DNA of 63,616 nucleotides, filler included, from Octopus bimaculoides (Eukaryota): the NCBI RefSeq assembly GCF_001194135.2. It is 6 parts of 6 records of this genome, joined end to end, with 100 filler letters (N's around TTAATTAATTAA, not from the genome) between each part and the next. Parts side by side here need not be neighbours in the genome. Positions count along the whole stretch, not along the records: positions 32,247 to 47,910 come from NC_068995.1; positions 48,011 to 53,817 come from NC_069007.1; 4 more parts are not named here. One strand, written 5' to 3'. Positions 39,791-53,817 of the stretch are shown here, piece by piece. The notes under the pieces were generated by a model that saw only the letters and a list, made by a program, of their open reading frames with translations, was not told the DNA's origin and did not search any database. A program made the position numbers and the translations under genes. How positions within the stretch are numbered: position 1 is the first letter of the stretch; every line of letters begins with the position of its first letter.

Positions 39791-40869
39791 ATCGAATTTT
39801 TAAAACATTTACATGTATTATACCCGTTTATAAAATCTATACCGTTATACTTCACAAGAGATTTAAGTTTTTCTTGCATGAAAAACACCAGTGCACATGC
39901 TTATTAGTCCGTAGTACATTTTGATTCAAGATTGATGACTTGCCTCAATGTCCGTGATATTAATCGAAATTGTAATTCTGTCAATTATTAGAAATAGTAT
40001 CCTTAAATATCATCACAATTTGCTGACAAGTTTTTGGATACTCTGAATTTCTCCACATATTATGGAGTATATTAAATGTAAAAACATTTATCAAAAATAT
40101 TACTTGAAACTAAATTAACGTCTGTTCGTAATGATATGTTTATCGTACAATTACTACTTCGTAACATAATAATTTGTACTCTATCACATTATAACACAAG
40201 CATAACTATGGCAACTCTGCAGTTCTGTATTAAATATCATATTCATATCTTCGCCAGCAAAAGTGCCTTCATATCTCAACGGCTTTTCATTATCAGAAGT
40301 ATTCCACATGTTCCCTTCTTGTAATTTAGCTTAGTCAGACGAAAGTGATCTGTGCTCATAATGTTCGGCAGAGTCTTAAAATCGCACACAAGACAAATGC
40401 CAATCTTCTTGCAGTCAACATACCTCGGACCTGACCTGGGAATTTTAAAAAGTGTCGAATGTGCGTTGATTCCTTACCAGAACAGATTGATCACTTATCG
40501 TTGAAACAGATGATTAGACATTGCAGAAAGTAGATGTCTCACATCATTTATTGAAACCATTTTGCTTTATTGTTCGTTTCATAAACATTCATCAATGTCT
40601 ATTACAAATGGTTCTTATTAGTGTGACAAAGTTAACTCTTGTGTAATTTCATATATATTCTTTACCTGCTGGGTATATTTGTGATAGACATTTTGTTACA
40701 TTTGTTTTAAATAAGATTGATATTACAGACAGACATACAGACAGACAGAAACACACACACGCACACACTCACACACACACACACTCACACACACAATTTC
40801 AAAACTTTACCTGAAAAGCGAATAAATGGATAAATCTGTGTAAATTGTCACACATTAAAAAAGTAGATA

Positions 40870-41078
40870 TTGAAGTTATTTTGCCTCATTTAATACATTT
40901 CTATATGGGAACCATTAGTTGCACGAAGCACATATAGGTAGTAATAGATTTCTTGTCATGTTCGCTGCAGTATAGCAAAATCAATGTTGGCCATGGCATC
41001 GGTGACCCTTTGCTTCAGGTCGTTGATGTTCGCTGTCTTTTGTTCGATATAACATGTCTTTAACATAATACCATACAA
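40870..41078 (-). mobile_element. Tc1/mariner-superfamily transposase C-terminal fragment
   Basis: Translates FLYGIMLKTCYIEQKTANINDLKQRVTDAMANIDFAILQRT*QEI, resembling the FLWGYVKD.VY...I.DLK.RI.DA C-terminal motif. Confidence 0.65.
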
Positions 41079-41084
41079 AAAAGT

Positions 41085-41754
41085 CTCACCAATGAAATTT
41101 TGTTGGACCGAACAGTGACTGGTGAAGAGAAATGGGTTCTCTATAAAAATGTCAATGGCTGAAGTCAGTGGGTAGGGAAAGGAGAAACACCAGCACCCCA
41201 GGCTAAAGAAGATCTTCACTCGCATAAGTTGTAGGTATGTTTTGTGGTATATCAAAAGCTTAGTCCAATATAAACTTTTAAACCTAAACCAAACGATTAC
41301 AAAGGAGATTTGCTGCGAGCAGCTTGAGCGGCTTAAGTCAGCGCTGGAAGAAAAACGAACATTTTTGATTTCAAGACGAAAAGTGTTCCTTCCATCAGGA
41401 TAATGTTCGGTCACATACAGAGAGGATGTTTGAATGGGAAACGACGCCCCATCGACCATATTCACAGGAAATTGCCCCATATAATTATCATTTATTCCGC
41501 AGTCTTCGAAATCGTTTGGACGGAAAAAATATGAATTTTATAAAAGAGGTTCGAACAGTACTGGAGGAGTATTTTTCGTCAGGGACAAGTGAGTTTTGAA
41601 AAAGGGGCTTTGGTTGTCAACCAGATAGATAGAAGAATTTTGTAGAAAATGAAGGAGAGTATATTTTAAATTTAAAAATGTACTTTGCTTATCTTAATTT
41701 TGAAAAATAAAAGAATTATAAAAAAACAACATTATTTTTTGGGATGACCCAATA
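41085..41754 (+). mobile_element. Mariner transposase 3' half plus right TIR
   Basis: Translates LDRTVTGEEKWVLYKN, CEQLERLKSALEEKR, HQDNVRSH and HRPYSQEIAPYNYHLFRSL. It ends ttattttttgggatgacccaa|TA. Confidence 0.85.
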
Positions 41755-44700
41755 TTAAGCTTAAAGTCCACTTGCTAAACTGGAAAACTCTTTTGCATGC
41801 AATCGTCCGTAGATGCATAATCTATCAGCTGATGAAAAATTAGAAGTTTTAAGTGGTTAAGAGTATAGCTTCTACTGGCTTAATTTTCGCAAGAGACAAG
41901 GGTAGAGTAAATATAGGTGTTAATCGAAAGGCAACGTGAATTCATACTCATGAACACCGGAATAAAATATGTCAATCCCATGTATTGAAAGCAAGTTTCG
42001 ATACTTCCAGGCTTTTGTCTTGACAAGAAGAAGCAAAATAAGTGTACAAGTGCAGATATTTCAACGTATATTAATGATAAAACGATATTCTTCCTCGCTC
42101 AGTTAGATTTAATAACGCTGACATAATATCAACATTTATATATGTCATTTTGCAGAAAATCGGGCCAATGTACACACACGAATGAGCCAAACAATGTGCA
42201 GTTTTTAAAGTATAAATAGACTTTTAAATGTATAGAATTACATATTTCAGCTGTTAGTAGAAGAAAAGCGACTTCAATAGGAGAATGAACTAAAATAGCT
42301 GTCGCGTAAAGACCGATAGCATTTATTCATTCAGAGCAATATGTATGTTATGAAACATTTTTGAATAAATTATTNNNNNNNNNNNNNNNNNNNNNNNNNN
42401 NNNNNNNNNNNNNNNNNNNNNNNNNNNNNNNNNNNNNNNNNNNNNNNNNNNNNNNNNNNNNNNNNNNNNNNNNNNNNNNNNNNNNNNNNNNNNNNNNNNN
42501 NNNNNNNNNNNNNNNNNNNNNNNNNNNNNNNNNNNNNNNNNNNNNNNNNATATATATATATATATATACTTACATACTTATATAAGTATATACACATACA
42601 TAAATATATACATTTATACTACCTATGTATATATGTATACATATATATTTACATACACAAATATGTTCATATATATATATACGCATATGTGTATGTATAT
42701 ATATATGTATGTATGTATATATCAATGCATATGTAAAAGCATATGTATATACATACAAACATATATATATTTTCACAGATTTCCTCTGAGAAAATGTAGT
42801 ATCTTGTTATTCTGCGTCCGTTTGTCTGTATGTATGTGTGAATGTATGTACGTATATATGTAGTACTATCTACACATGTAGGCATGAATGTATGTATGTA
42901 TGCACGTGTGTTTATATGTATGTATGTTTGTTTGTATCTATGCATGTGCGTATGAACATCTTCCTCACCATTTTTTACTTTATGGCCTACACACTCCGCC
43001 TCACTCTTCCACCTGTCTTGCTTTTCCTGTAAACGTAAGTGTGCGTGTTCTTGGCTCTATGTAACAGTAAGTCTTTATGGCTGAAAAATCACGTGGTTTT
43101 CCGGCTCTATATAATAGCAATATTTGATAAACCGTTAAACGGTTTCTTTAAATCTATTTAGGAAATATCATAATAAAATAAAATAAATGAATAAAAATTG
43201 TAAACAAAGATGAGATTTAACTATTGGAGACATTTGTCAAATTGAATGACACTTGGACAATGATAATAAAGAAATGTTTTTGTTTATTTTTTTCGGAAGT
43301 AATATGAAAATAATAGACAGAGTAAAATAAATTGTAATATGTACTGACAGATTAAAAGGTTAAACACAATCAGAAAGAAATAACACGAAATTGAAAGAAA
43401 CGAAAAGAAAATGAAAATAAATTTATCACACATTTAGATTATAAAACCATCAATATATGCAAGAATAATTATAATACGTTTTATCTAAAACTGTTTGTGT
43501 ATTTAAAGCTGCGTAACGTCACATAGAAGAAGACATAACAATATTATTTAAAGTCATAAAAGAGACTGCTCGGAAGAAGGGACAACCTTATAAGAAGGGA
43601 AATGTGAACAGCAATATTAGAAAATTGATGGTTAAAATAAATCTTTAAAGTGATTGCCAGAGCCAACACACAATAAATACTATTTTGGAAGTAGGAGTTT
43701 AAAATATGAGGTTTATAAAAAGAAATATTATCAGTGGAGAAAATATAAATATGATTACATTGATGTATTGGGATTGAAAAATATGCACTGCAATACATCG
43801 AGTGCTACAGAGCACAATATAACAACAAATAATCGAAGACGCGGTGCTATTTCTATTCACAATTGAAAATATTTCTTTTAACATGTTTGCAATATTTATT
43901 TTTCATAAAAATGCAGTCTGTTTGTCTTTTTTTTGTTTGTTTGTTCTTTTAATAACGAACCAATCACTAGTTCGCTGATTTTCGAAGGGAGAAGGAGTAG
44001 ACATTGGTTTATATGACGTGGAAGAAATGTTTCAAATAATTGTATATTATTACTTTTTGTTTTTAGCTTTCATAACCATGCGTATATGCTACGTCGTTAA
44101 ACAAAGATAAAAGATAAGAGTTATACATAAAATTTACACACAGTGACACTCATACACAGCTTCAGACAAGCATATACACAATCAGGTTTATTTTCACAAG
44201 TTCCACTTACCGAATTCCAACGAAAAAGTCACTGCTATGTAAGACACTCCATAGCGCTGTTAAACCGCTTCAAACCAACGTTTTTTTTACCATATATCTA
44301 ACCATATGTCTATGTCTGTGCAATTGAACTTTTCTTGAGCGTCTGTTTAAAATTTCATTCAGATATAGTGACCGACATTTCTTTGCTTCATTACAACATT
44401 CTCTTATGTTGGAATTATGACAAAATAGCACAATTAAAACGATTCTAGCATCGTTCGTATACACACACACACACACGCACACACAAATATATATGTTTTA
44501 TAGAATGTTTAACTCCTTGAATAATAGGGCATATATTATAAAATGTGCACACGTATTGTGTAGGTTAATGACTTTGTATTTTAAAAGAAATGACTTATTT
44601 TCTCCGAGTATTAAAAAAGAACTACTGAAAACCCGAATACGAGACGCACATCTAAATGCCAATCTAAGCTAAATTACAAAGCCGCTACATACACACATAC

Positions 44701-44786
44701 AAATATGCCCAGTGATATATGCATAAGAATAGAGGAACACCACAGAAATGTTAGCACGCGGCAGCTTGGACATACACAAAAATGTA

Positions 44787-45609
44787 CGAGGGGTACCCAA
44801 AAGTTACCGGAATTTTGCAATATTATTTTATTCACTTAGATTTACGTGTTTTCACTTTTTTCACCTACAAAGTATTCACCATTTGAAGCAATGTATCTGT
44901 CCAGGCGCGATTTCCACTGCTCGAAGTAGTGGTGAAACTCTTGCAAATTTATGCCTTTTAAAGCCTCCGTCCATGTTTTTTTTTTTTTTTTTTTTTTGTT
45001 TTTTCTTCACTTTCACATATGAAAATTCCGTAGCACATACTTTCATCACTAGTGATGACCTTCGAAAAATGTCCGGATTAATTTCCAACTGTTCTTTTAG
45101 TTCACGGCGCGCATTCAGTCGTGAGTATTTTTCATCTCCCGGAAGCAAGCAAAGCACAAATTTTGCTCTAACACATTTCATTCGCAATTCCTCGCTCAAA
45201 ATTCGTTGGCAGCAGCTTCAGCACACACCAGTCATATCAACGAGTTCGTCAATTATTTGGTGATGGTCCTCCAAGATCATTTCGAGAGTTTCATGTCCCA
45301 CTAGCGAAAGTGACTAATGTTAAAGCGTAAAAACCACTTGTAAACTGTGTTTTGTCCATGGAGGTTCCTTGTAAGATATTAGAAGCATGACAACTGTTTC
45401 CGCCTCCGTTTTCCTTAGCAAAAATGGACGAAAGGTGGAGGAGCACTGCAAAACAACGTCGTATCAGGTAGTATTACGATCAAAATATGACCCCGGTTGG
45501 CAGACCGATGCCTGACAGTCATATCAAGTAGATTATAGCGGTGGAAGCCCGGACTGCCACGCGTTTCTCCCACAGAGAAACTTTCTGGTTACTTTTGGTG
45601 ACCGCCTCG
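44787..45609 (-). mobile_element. Mariner DNA transposon, internally deleted, with both TIRs and TA target-site duplication
   Basis: Left end is TA|CGAGGGGTACCCAAAAGTTACCGGAA and right end (reverse complement) is TA|CGAGGCGGTCACCAAAAGTAACCAGAA. Transposase remnants read LRMKCVRAKFVLCLL...RLNARRELKEQLEINPD and GFKRHKF...IHCFKW. Confidence 0.85.
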
Positions 45610-45611
45610 TA

Positions 45612-47775
45612 TATATACGTACATCAAACCAATGTGCTATAATACTATACCACATATACAAAAAAGTCGTACAACAATCCAATAATACTGTTTCACATAT
45701 ACAAAAACAACCATACTAACAATCCAACATACTTCCATCATCATCTGCACCACGGATATCATTATGGTTTTGACATCAAGGCAGTACCATTCAATCCGGT
45801 GGTGTCAACAGCACTAAAATAAGTGTTCTTTGGGAACAAACCAAAGAAACTACAACTTTCAAACACATTTACTCTATGTACAACCGTATCGGTAAATAAA
45901 TTCAATAAGTAAATTACAACCAACTCCTGAATATGCGACTAAACACTGACCAATCCATTAAGTCAAAATTATAATAGCTACCGTCATCCATAGTATAATA
46001 CGAAAGTGAAAGCTTAATGATCACATTCATTCAATCTATCAATTTATAGGCAGGATTAAAACACTAACTTTAATAAAACTACAAGAAAGAAACATATTGA
46101 CCAATGTACATTGTATAAGTATTAATAGTAAACTGCAATAACTAAATTGTATGCTAAATCGCGACAAATCTGTAAGTCCATACAAATAATAATTCCACTA
46201 GTCTTCTATAGTTACTACTATAATAAATTTCTGCAAAACAAAACAAACACGAGTGGAATTAATTTAACTAATAATATAATAATTATGAGTGGAAAACATT
46301 ATTTCATCATTTAAAAGTTAATAATATAACACTACACACTCATTAATATATCACCATTACGAGCTATAATATTAAATTACCAGTAACTTTACACATTAAT
46401 TTTATTAAGTAGGAACTAATAAAAGTACTTGTAATTAACTGTTATTAAAAATCCTAGCTATGTTTAAAGCTAATTAAATTTAATCTAAATGATAATAAAA
46501 CTACAAGTATTAAGACCTTACATGTTTTATCAGACACGCGGTTCCATCACCAAGGATTAAAAGGACTGACATAAATATTGATGACGTAATGTGTAACTAC
46601 TACTTCCTCAATTGTCTCAAACACTATTGGTGACGTAGTAATCAAATAACTCGAATCGTAAAATTTCCAAATCCTTACAAATAGTTGCTAAGCTAAAGAC
46701 TAGATTTTACTCCATATTTATTTAAAATTTCAAGTTTCTCACCTAAACAGCGATTAAAAGTTGTATCCAATTCATCATATTAATACCCTTGTTTAACTAA
46801 ATGTCTTAACAGTTTATTTATTCTTTCCAACAATTTATTAGAATTATTATTAATAGTACTATATCTAATAATTTGCCTTGCAAAAATACTATAACCAATA
46901 ATAGAAGGAATTGCACTACTGACCCATATCTTTGAAGCCACTTGGAAACTAAAATGTTCTGTTTTATTATAAATGTCAGTACGTACCTCATTATTATCCT
47001 TAGTTACTAGATTGACATCTAAATAATTAATATATTTTATATTGTTACCATTTTGGTTGGTTATAAGCTCACTAAGGTGTATTAACTTTATATGTGTTAT
47101 TACCTCTAAACTTCAATTCCATATCCACTCCTAGCTCTTTACCTATACCATTATAAAAACATTGCCATCATACAAATTGCTACAAAATTCCTTGCTGCTT
47201 TATCTGCTGGTACTATTACATATTTTGTATTTCATCCATAAATTAGTTAACAAGTGGTTTATTCATGACTGAATTTTTCTCTATCAACTTATCATATTTC
47301 TTTAAATGTTTAACTACAATATAAGTTAATTTTCTAACCCAGCAAATAAAGTCCTCCATTTTAAACATATATTTGAGACATAAATTAACTATGAACTCAT
47401 TAAAGGTTTTGATAACTTTCTTTGAATTATATTTACTAATCTTACCTTGTTCTCTATAGTTTGTCCCTTTACTCATAACCTCCCTTAGTTCCTTATATTT
47501 AATAATATCCAAATTTCCTGTATAGACATGCCCTGTTTCTTTACAAGAAAATTCCGAATTAGCACATTCACAATCTCCGTAGTATATTTCTTTCAAACCT
47601 TCAAGACTTATTTTAGATTACAGTTTATTATAATTAAATAAGGTACTACATATCTTCTTACCCAAGCTTATAACAAATCTTGACATTTATATGTCTAACA
47701 TTTTCTGGCATTTTTTTTTTGTTTTATGATTTCTAATTACATTACTTGAATTAATATCATCAATGATATTACTAC
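45612..47775 (-). mobile_element. Naiad-type Penelope-like retroelement remnant, 5'-truncated, with RT core deleted
   Basis: Minus frames read STLFNY...GDCECANSEF (CxC linker), GHVYTGNLDIIKYKELREVMSKGTNYRE, KYVIVPADKAARNFVAIC and VKELGVD...GNNTYK. These are followed directly by INYLDVNL...DIYNKTEHFSF...SSAIPS..GYSIFARQIIRY...KQGY (stop at ~46693). The 5' end abuts (TA)n/(CA)n. The 3' UTR extent (45612-46690) is inferred. Confidence 0.8.
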
Positions 47776-47791
47776 CATATGTATATATATT

Positions 47792-47867
<76 letters not shown>

Positions 47868-48161
47868 CATACATACATATATACATACGTATGTATGTGT
47901 TGCTATATATNNNNNNNNNNNNNNNNNNNNNNNNNNNNNNNNNNNNNNNNNNNNTTAATTAATTAANNNNNNNNNNNNNNNNNNNNNNNNNNNNNNNNNN
48001 NNNNNNNNNNTAATGATAATAATAATAATAATAATAATAATCACAAAAGCACTAAGAAATATTCGCATCTATATATGAGCATGTGTTTCTACTTATCTAT
48101 CTATCCATCCAGCTATCTATCCATCTAGGTATCTATCTATCTATCCATCTATCCATCCAGG

Positions 48162-48232
<71 letters not shown>

Positions 48233-48533
48233 ACATCTATCCATCGAGCTATGCACCTGTCTATCTATCTATCCATCTATCCATCTATCTATTTGTGAAT
48301 ATAAAGACATATATATGCAGGTAGTCCGTTGGTTAGGGCATCGCACTCACGATCGCTACATAGTAGGTTCGAATCGCGGACTAGTTGAAGCCTTGTTTTC
48401 AGGAAAAACACTTAATTTTACATTGTTTCACTTCACTCCGCTGTAAATGGGATTAAGGAGAATGTTGGCCTGCGAAACGCATTGTGACCAGCGATGTATA
48501 ACAATATCCAATAGTCTGACCGATAACACGTAG

Positions 48534-48567
<34 letters not shown>

Positions 48568-49135
48568 GTGGCTGTGCAGTAACAATTTTACTTCCCAACC
48601 ACATGGTTCCAGGTTCAATCTCACAGCGTGGCACCTTGAATGTGTGTATTCTATAAAGTCTTGGGAGTAGATTTGGAAGACGAAAATGTAAATATGCATA
48701 TATGTNNNNNNNNNNNNNNNNNNNNNNNNNNNNNNNNNNNNNNNNNNNNNNNNNNNNNNNNNNNNNNNNNNNNNNNNNNNNNNNNNNNNNNNNNNNNNNN
48801 NNNNNNNNNNNNNNNNNNNNNNNNNNNNNNNNNNNNNNNNNNNNNNNNNNNNNNNNNNNNNNNNNNNNNNNNNNNNNNNNNNNNNNNNNNNNNNNNNNNN
48901 NNNNNNNNNNNNNNNNNNNNNNNNNNNNNNNNNNNNNNNNNNNNNNNGAACTAATGTGGGGTATAGAGTATGGAATATACAATATATAATATGATATACA
49001 ATATACAATATAAAATAAAATAACATAAAAATGGATGGTACCCTGGAAGAAAGTATTGAATGTAGATGAAATATTGAGTGTTCAATATAAAGGATCAAAT
49101 ATATAAATATATAAATATAAATATATATATATAAA

Positions 49136-49177
49136 GGCGACTCGAGTTTCAGGGCTATTTCCCTTCGTCATGGCCGG
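49136..49177 (-). ncRNA. Degenerate hammerhead ribozyme-like motif between AT microsatellites
   Basis: Minus strand reads ccggc-cATGACGA-aggg aaatag ccct-GAAA-ctcgag-TC-gcc. It has a 4-bp helix II, perfect palindromic helix III (ACUCGAGU), 3-bp helix I and a 1-nt lesion at the start of the core. Confidence 0.5.
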
Positions 49178-50030
49178 TAAGTATATATATATATATATAT
49201 ACTTACACACACGCACAACGTAATCATCTATATATTGGTAAATAGATAGATATATACATATACATATCTATGCTTATACGTGTGTGTGTGTCATACATAC
49301 ATACATACATGTTTGTACGTCTACTATGTAGGCTTACATACATTATATCATACCGTGATACTATATAGACTGTGATCCCCGTTGACAGGCCGCCGATAGG
49401 AAATAATCAGTTAAGCATTAATGTATGCAAATTAGTAGCTCCATTTCTGAGCAGCTAATAGATTTGATGTGTATATAAACAAAATGGTTACGCGTTTCTC
49501 TGGTATTTGTCAAGTGATGTAGACACAACTAATGAGACTTCAAAAAAGGTCGAGTATTGGTTAAAGCTATTCATTCTGTCTTTCTCTTTTTTCAGTCTAT
49601 AGGGGAATAAGTAAATTCGACATGTTTTAAGCCTACGTGTCGGCTTACGCATGTGTAAATTTATACATGTGTATATATGTGAGCTAGTGTATAGTTTGCT
49701 AAATATCTCTGAACGTGATCATTAGTGTCAGATACGTTTTAGAAAAAAAAAACCTTGCTTTCGTAGCGTTAACGTATTACTATCATTAATAAAATAACAA
49801 CTGTGGTAGTAATGTTAATGTTCGTCACTACAGCTATGATGATGATGATGATGGTAGTGGTGGTGGTGATTCGATGATGATGATGATGATGATGGTGTTG
49901 ATGATGATGATTAAGGGTATATTTTTAAAAAAGAAATTTTTGGACCGTAGATGTGTCGATTCGTACGGTTAGCTACTAAATAGTTAGCGGAAACAGGAGA
50001 AACATGCACGAAAACAAATTCAACACAAAT

Positions 50031-50062
<32 letters not shown>

Positions 50063-50879
50063 NNNNNNNNNNNNNNNNNNNNNNNNNNNNNNNNNNNNNN
50101 NNNNNNNNNNNNNNNNNNNNNNNNNNNNNNNNNNNNNNNNNNNNNNNNNNNNNNNNNNNNNNNNNNNNNNNNNNNNNNNNNNNNNNNNNNNNNNNNNNNN
50201 NNNNNNNNNNNNNNNNNNNNNNNNNNNNNNNNNNNNNNNNNNNNNNNNNNNNNNNNNNNNNNNNNNNNNNNNNNNNNNNNNNNNNNNNNNNNNNNNNNNN
50301 NNNNNNNNNNNNNNNNNNNNNNNNNNNNNNNNNNNNNNNNNNNNNNNNNNNNNNNNNNNNNNNNNNNNNNNNNNNNNNNNNNNNNNNNNNNNNNNNNNNN
50401 NNNNNNNNNNNNNNNNNNNNNNNNNNNNNNNNNNNNNNNNNNNNNNNNNNNNNNNNNNNNNNNNNNNATATATATATATATATACATATATATACATACA
50501 CACGGTAAGTCATACATATGTATATATATATGAATGTCTATATACAGTTACACGTGTGTCTGTGAGTGTGCGCGCGTGTGTGTGTCAGTGTGGTTTCTGC
50601 AATGGAGAGATTGAAGTCTTAAGTGAATATATGATGTGATTAATCATGGCATAGATGAGTGTTTATAGGTTTAGTAATGGAAACTAACTGAACGAGGCAA
50701 GAGAAGATTCCGTATAACTGTATAAAGCGTTGTTTTTTCCTTTTTTGTAAAGTTTTTTATTGGTACATTAAGCATTATAAGGTTTCTACAAAGAGATGAT
50801 AGGTCGGAATGAGAAAGGGAACGTTCGTAAAAGGATATGTGTGAGAGAAATATGATGGAGAGTGAGCGCGTACTATACG

Positions 50880-51440
50880 TGTATTACGAGAAAGATGGGG
50901 AAACACAGGGAAAGAACGAGAGCGATATTCAGTAAGAATAAGAGAGCAAGAGAAAGGGATTGATAGAGATATATTAGGGTAACAGTTAGAGAGACAGAGA
51001 CATAGAGAGATAGAGGCAGAGAAAGAGAAAAAGAGAAACAGAAAGAAAAGAGAGAGAGAGAAAGATTCGGTAAGAGTAAGAGAGTGAGGGAAAGTGATTG
51101 ATAGATATAGATGAGGGTAACAGTAAGAGAGACAGAGAGACAGAGGGAGAGAAAGAAAGACAAAGAGAAAAAGAGAGATAGAGAGGAAAAAGAGAGAGAT
51201 TCGCTAAGAGTAAGAGAGAGTGAGAGATAGTGACTGAGAGATAGAGATATATACTAGGGTAAGAGTAAGAGAGAGAGAGACAGACAGACAGAGAGATAGA
51301 GCCAGAGAAAGAAAGACAAAGAGAAAAAGAGACAGAGAGAAAAAGAGAGAGAGAAAGAGATTCGGTAAGAGTAGGAGAGAGTGAGAGATAGTGACTGAGA
51401 GATAGAAATATATACTAGGGTAAGAGTAAGAGAAAGTGAG
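50880..51440. repeat. GA-rich minisatellite, ~4 units of ~135-160 bp, within a purine-rich tract extending to ~52190
   Basis: The anchor ga(g/t)attc(g/a)(g/c)taaga(g/a)taagagag recurs at about 50923, 51064, 51197 and 51358. Confidence 0.7.
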
Positions 51441-53362
51441 AGACATGGAGAGCGAAGTGCATAGAGAGAGAGAGAGAGAGAGAGAGAGACTGAGTGAGAG
51501 GGCATGAGAGAGAGAGAGAGAGAGAGAGCATTGGTGTGTGAAAGATATACTGTTATGTAGAAAGGGGGAGTCTGGTGTGTATGTATAAGAGAGTGAGAGA
51601 AACGGACAGAGAGATACAGAAAGGTATATTAAGGAGGATATGAAGAAACATGCAGAAAATGAGAGAGAGAGAGAGAGAAAAAGAAGGAGAGAGAGAGAAA
51701 GAGAGAGATAGAAAGACAGAGAGAGAGAGAGAGAGATAGCAAGTGGAATGGGATGCAGTGATATAGAATAATGTATGTGAAAGAGGAAGAAAGAGACGAA
51801 GAGAATGAATCTCAGAGAGAGGGAGGGGAAGAGAGAAGAGAGAAATAGGAAGAAAGAGAAGCAGAGAGCGCGAGAAAGATCCAAAGAATGGCAAGAGAAT
51901 GTTACAAGAGAGAGGTGGACAAAATGAACAAAGAGAGAGAGAGAGAGAGAGAGGGGGAAGACAGAGAAAGATAGGGACAGAATGAGAGAGGGGGATATAG
52001 ACAAAGAGAGAATAAATTTGTTACGAGCGAAAGAAGGGGAGAGACGAAGAAAATGACGCACAAAGAGAGCAAGAGAAAGAGAGACGAATAGAGAGCTACA
52101 CAGAGGGAAAGAGACAGAAAGAATGAAGAGATAGATAGAGAGAGAGAGCGGTGAGAGGTAGATACTGAAGCAGAGGTGAGCGAGTGGTAGTGAAAACGCT
52201 TATTGTATTAAAATAAACCAAAGACAAAAAAAAAAAAAAAAAAAAAANNNNNNNNNNNNNNNNNNNNNNNNNNNNNNNNNNNNNNNNNNNNNNNNNNNNN
52301 NNNNNNNNNNNNNNNNNNNNNNNNNNNNNNNNNNNNNNNNNNNNNNNNNNNNNNNNNNNNNNNNNNNNNNNNNNNNNNNNNNNNNNNNNNNNNNNNNNNN
52401 NNNNNNNNNNNNNNNNNNNNNNNNNNNNNNNNNNNNNNNNNNNNNNNNNNNNNNNNNNNNNNNNNNNNNNNNNNNNNNNNNNNNNNNNNNNNNNNNNNNN
52501 NNNNNNNNNNNNNNNNNNNNNNNNNNNNNNNNNNNNNNNNNNNNNNNNNNNNNNNNNNNNNNNNNNNNNNNNNNNNNNNNNNNNNNNNNNNNNNNNNNNN
52601 NNNNNNNNNNNNNNNNNNNNNNNNNNNNNNNNNNNNNNNNNNNNNNNNNNNNNNNNNNNNNNNNNNNNNNNNNNNNNNNNNNNNNNNNNNNNNNNNNNNN
52701 NNNNNNNNNNNNNNNNNNNNNNNNNNNNNNNNNNNNNNNNNNNNNNNNNNNNNNNNNNNNNNNNNNNNNNNNNNNNNNNNNNNNNNNNNNNNNNNNNNNN
52801 NNNNNNNNNNNNNNNNNNNNNNNNNNNNNNNNNNNNNNNNNNNNNNNNNNNNNNNNNNNNNNNNNNNNNNNNNNNNNNNNNNNNNNNNNNNNNNNNNNNN
52901 NNNNNNNNNNNNNNNNNNNNNNNNNNNNNNNNNNNNNNNNNNNNNNNNNNNNNNNNNNNNNNNNNNNNNNNNNNNNNNNNNNNNNNNNNNNNNNNNNNNN
53001 NNNNNNNNNNNNTATATATAGTGAGTTGGAACTCGCTAACTCGCTATGAGGCATGCAGACAGCAGGAGCAATCTTCAGACGAAGAACTCTGGTCAAACAA
53101 CTGTTTCGGTCCGTTTGTTTCTGACACACTATAAGAAACGGACACTTTATAGGTAGTAATCCCTAGTTGTCCTCATGTTGCTATTTGAATCCTGTCTTTA
53201 ATAGGGATTGATCTTGGAACCTTTGGGTAAGCACATTGCTTTCCCACATAGACTACTACATCGACTTGCGCTGTTTTCTTCCTGCAATGTCTGTTAGTAA
53301 CATGCAGTATTCTTTTACAGTTCCATCTATCATGCTTTCTCTTTCATATCCATATTGCTGAA

Positions 53363-53421
53363 AAGCTCTACATTGTATTTTGTCCCCTCTGTGTTCAGCC
53401 CTGTGTGGCCAATAAAGAAAC
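53363..53421 (+). mobile_element. Short 5'-truncated Tx1/L1-like 3' tail (others at 4700-4739 and 53935-54095)
   Basis: ttgtcccctctgtgttcagccctgtgtggccaataaagaaac matches the tail of the 8712-10725 element (ttgtcccctatatgtcggccctggtggccaataaa). Each copy is followed by a microsatellite. Confidence 0.7.
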
Positions 53422-53422
53422 A

Positions 53423-53480
<58 letters not shown>

Positions 53481-53750
53481 CCTATTATATCTATCTATCT
53501 ATCTACCTATTTGTCTGTCTGTCTGTCTGTCTATCAATCTATCTCTTCACTTTATCTGTTACTTGTTTCAGTCTTTAGATTGCGATGATGCCGGGGCACC
53601 GCGTTGGAGAACTTTTAGTCGAACGGATAGACGCTTGGACTTAGCATTTTAAACCTGGTATCTATTCTATTGGTATCTATTACACGAACGTCTGATGTTT
53701 CGGGATCGGAAACACATCAGCACTGGATATCAAGCGGTGATGGGTCATAA

Positions 53751-53817
<67 letters not shown>

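Noticed and set aside
46525-46560. gaaccgcgtgtctg on the minus strand in the Naiad 3' region as a hammerhead remnant
   Set aside because: There is no CUGANGA core or helix II, so it is too degenerate to call.
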